Assembly: GCA_038844785.1 (NCBI GenBank)
Contig: JAWBRA010000019.1
Location: forward strand, 1-30,507
Direction: 5' to 3'
DNA: 30,507 nt
Source: Candidatus Caldarchaeum sp.
GTDB lineage: Archaea; Thermoproteota; Nitrososphaeria_A; Caldarchaeales; Caldarchaeaceae
The position numbers were made by a program, and so were the translations under genes. Below the pieces are notes generated by a model. That model saw nothing but the letters and a program-made list of their open reading frames with translations. It was not told the DNA's origin and did no database searches. The stretch's first letter is position 1; every line of letters begins with the position of its first letter. This document shows positions 28,358 to 30,507 of the stretch, piece after piece.

Positions 28358-28954
28358 TCAACGTTTCCTAAGTCTGGCCTGAGCCAAAGCCTTCAATAGC
28401 TTCGATGACTGTTTCTCGGTTAGGTTTGTAAGCCAGTCCACTGAATCGCCTTCAGCCTCGCCGTTGAGTATTTTAACACATTTTGCCACAATCTGCTTCA
28501 TGTTTTTTCCAGTCACGTCTATCTGGTAAACCCTCCGCCTGCCAAGCGCCGCCAAGGCGTCTAAGAACACTATGCCAACAAACTCCGCTTCGACGTTCTC
28601 CGTGATTTTTCGAACGTTATAGCCTCGTTTTTCAAGTCGGCGCCAAAGCAGTAAAGGGTTGAGCCTCAGCACTATACATTTTTCATCTCTATTAAGTCCC
28701 GGTAAGACGAAATGGCTAGATATAACACAGTTTTTCAGCCTCTCTTTTTGCAAGGCTTTTCTGACCCGTCCCACGCCAACTGTATAAGATTTCCTAGCTC
28801 TGTCGTATGATTCGTAAATTTTTTCCCGCTTTACAAACTGTGGTAGGTCAATAAAGCTGTATCCAAGCTTCTGCGCTAACGCCTCACCGACAACGGTCTT
28901 CCCCACGCCAGGAGTTCCAGAAACCCATATTATCACGTCATATAATCTCCTCAT
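28358..28954 (-). CDS. Adenylate kinase, AK6/Fap7 family
   Basis: P-loop SGTPGVGKT, SSH, VLRLNP..L..RLEKRGY...KI.ENVEAE and VDWL motifs. Confidence 0.88.
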   Translation of the reverse strand: MRRLYDVIIWVSGTPGVGKTVVGEALAQKLGYSFIDLPQFVKREKIYESYDRARKSYTVGVGRVRKALQKERLKNCVISSHFVLPGLNRDEKCIVLRLNPLLLWRRLEKRGYNVRKITENVEAEFVGIVFLDALAALGRRRVYQIDVTGKNMKQIVAKCVKILNGEAEGDSVDWLTNLTEKQSSKLLKALAQARLRKR

Positions 28955-28971
28955 TTGGGAGTAGATAACCT

Positions 28972-29487
28972 ATGCGGTTGGTGCTTTTGATTGAGGTGGA
29001 GGAACCTGGGTTAGCTGAGTCCTTGGCCGAAAAACTGCACAACATGCTAGGGGTTGAGGTTGAGACTGTGAAAACAAGCCTCAGAAACGTTGAGCGAGCC
29101 TTTGACAGCTTGCGTCAGCAGTTCAACGCAAGCGTTCTGCTGGAAATAGTTGGAGAAGGCGGTGACTATACCTTGCTCTTGACCGACAAAGACCTTTTTG
29201 TTCCAGGTCTCAACTTCGTCTTCGGATACGCTCCCGGGAGAAAGGCTGTCGTTTCCACGCGCAGGCTTGACCCTGAAAGGTATGGTGAAGGGAGAGACAG
29301 AAAGCTTTATTTTTCAAGAATTGTCAAAGAGGTCGTTCACGAGTTTGGGCATATGCTCGGTCTAGGGCACTGTAGAACCGCTGGATGTGTGATGAATTTT
29401 AGCAACAGCGTTTATGATGTTGACCGAAAACAAGAAGTTTTCTGTCATAAATGTATGGGAAGGCTCAGCGCCGCGCTGTCTCGATGA
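28972..29487 (+). CDS. amzA: Archaemetzincin (peptidase M54)
   Basis: DLFVPGLNFVFG.A, KEVVHEFGHMLGLGHC....CVMNFSNS...VD.K...FC..C. Confidence 0.92.
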   Translation: MRLVLLIEVEEPGLAESLAEKLHNMLGVEVETVKTSLRNVERAFDSLRQQFNASVLLEIVGEGGDYTLLLTDKDLFVPGLNFVFGYAPGRKAVVSTRRLDPERYGEGRDRKLYFSRIVKEVVHEFGHMLGLGHCRTAGCVMNFSNSVYDVDRKQEVFCHKCMGRLSAALSR

Positions 29488-30319
29488 CGTAGTCAACTAT
29501 TTTTGCGGGTATGTCGACTGACGTGGCCTGCATCAAGCCCTTGAACTCTGGAACGCCGTTAACCTCGTTCACGAGGTAGCTCCCGTCCGTTGTCTCAAAC
29601 ACGTCAACGCTGATTACCTCACCGTTTACAGCACGTGCGGCCTTTAGACTTATCTCGATAAGCTCGTCGTTGAGGTATGCGGAGACAGGTTCTCCTCCCA
29701 ACGCTATGTTGGTCCTCCAATCGTTGATAGGCCTGTACCTGTACATGGCTCCAATGACTTCATCTCCGATGATCAGTGTTCTTATATCCCTGTTAGGTAG
29801 GTCTATGAATTCCTGTATGAGATGTGTTTTGAGATAGCTGCTTGGCATCATTTCCCTGTGTTCTAAGACGAGTTTAAAGTCGTCGTAGTCTCTCAGCAGG
29901 GCTACGAGCCTTCCCCAGCTTCCGATGGGCGGTTTGTCGACGGCTGGAAGGCCAACCTTTTCCAAGGCTTTCTCAGCGGCTACGGTGTCAAGGCCAACAG
30001 CTGTCCTAGGCAGAGGAAGACCAGCGTTCTTGAGCCTCGATACGGTGAGAATCTTGTCCCCCGCGTAGAGGATCGCCGATGAAGTGTTGACGGCTCTCAC
30101 TCCTACTCCCTCACGTAGGGCCGCTGCATGCACAGCGCCGTACATTGACATGCATCTCACTAGGCAAACATCCACCGATGGTTTCTCCAGCCCAAGTGGC
30201 TGCTGTCTGACGTTAGTCAGCTTGACCTCAGACCCTTTGATGGAAGCTGCTTTAGCGAGAAGCTTCTCCTCTAGCCGCGGTACGTCGAAAGCAATCTCAA
30301 TCACGAACCTGCCCGGCAT
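29465..30319 (-). CDS. LysX/ArgX (RimK-family ATP-grasp) LysW ligase
   Basis: RLEEK, RC.S, GDK, KPPIGSWGRLV, IQEFI..P.RDIR, WRTNIALGG and NEVN.VPEFKG motifs. Start probably ATG 30319; the ORF track gives 30340. Confidence 0.9.
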   Translation of the reverse strand: MPGRFVIEIAFDVPRLEEKLLAKAASIKGSEVKLTNVRQQPLGLEKPSVDVCLVRCMSMYGAVHAAALREGVGVRAVNTSSAILYAGDKILTVSRLKNAGLPLPRTAVGLDTVAAEKALEKVGLPAVDKPPIGSWGRLVALLRDYDDFKLVLEHREMMPSSYLKTHLIQEFIDLPNRDIRTLIIGDEVIGAMYRYRPINDWRTNIALGGEPVSAYLNDELIEISLKAARAVNGEVISVDVFETTDGSYLVNEVNGVPEFKGLMQATSVDIPAKIVDYVIETARR

Positions 30320-30381
30320 AGATCCGCTTATCCGAGCCAAGTCAAAGAATGCAACTATTAAACATATGAGTTTACCAGGTC

Positions 30382-30507
30382 GGCACTGTCAACTTTTACT
30401 TAAGTCTTTTGGAAAGGGGAAAGGCCTATGGCCTGAGGTGTAGCTCTCCCATTCATGCATGTCTTCGATTATATCGTTGGTTGTATGTCTAGGCTCTTCA
30501 GGTTCCA
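30382..30507 (+). mobile_element. Left end of a putative IS6-family insertion sequence, truncated by the window edge (copy 2)
   Basis: Starts GGCACTGTCAAC; has a TATA-like CTTAAG and a GAGGTG; an ORF from ATG 30455 (MHVFDYIVGCMSRLFRF...) runs off the end. Confidence 0.7.

Noticed and set aside
30084-30443. 119-aa ORF crossing into the terminal repeat
   Set aside because: It is antisense to lysX and spans the IS junction, so it is not a plausible gene.

Overview
A 30.5 kb archaeal chromosomal segment of mostly housekeeping genes. Gene content (ESCRT-III/CdvB paralog, Rio1-Dim2, ABCE1, Fap7, Cdc48, BHB-intron tRNA, LysX) and sequence style suggest a thermophilic TACK archaeon, probably Caldarchaeales/'Aigarchaeota' (inference). 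It holds 27 complete CDSs, tRNA-Arg(GCG), an intron-containing tRNA-Tyr(GUA) and a SufB gene with a 339-aa intein. Two signals are absent from the ORF track. (1) The first and last 127 bp are exact reverse complements and look like the left end of an IS6-family element, so the block sits between two inverted IS copies; 127 bp is also a typical assembler k-mer overlap. (2) An intergenic C/D-box guide sRNA (about 5055-5120, minus strand) has two guides that appear to target both strands of 16S helix 34. Other items worth checking: an intein endonuclease with a probable catalytic Asp-to-Asn change, a Trp-heptad coiled-coil protein with a degenerate PD-(D/E)xK domain beside tRNA-Tyr, an orphan molybdo-hydroxylase large subunit behind a NitT/TauT ABC transporter, cdc48 next to an ESCRT-III gene, and an SCO gene paired with a CC-motif membrane protein. 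I cannot establish a wholly new multi-gene system from the sequence alone.
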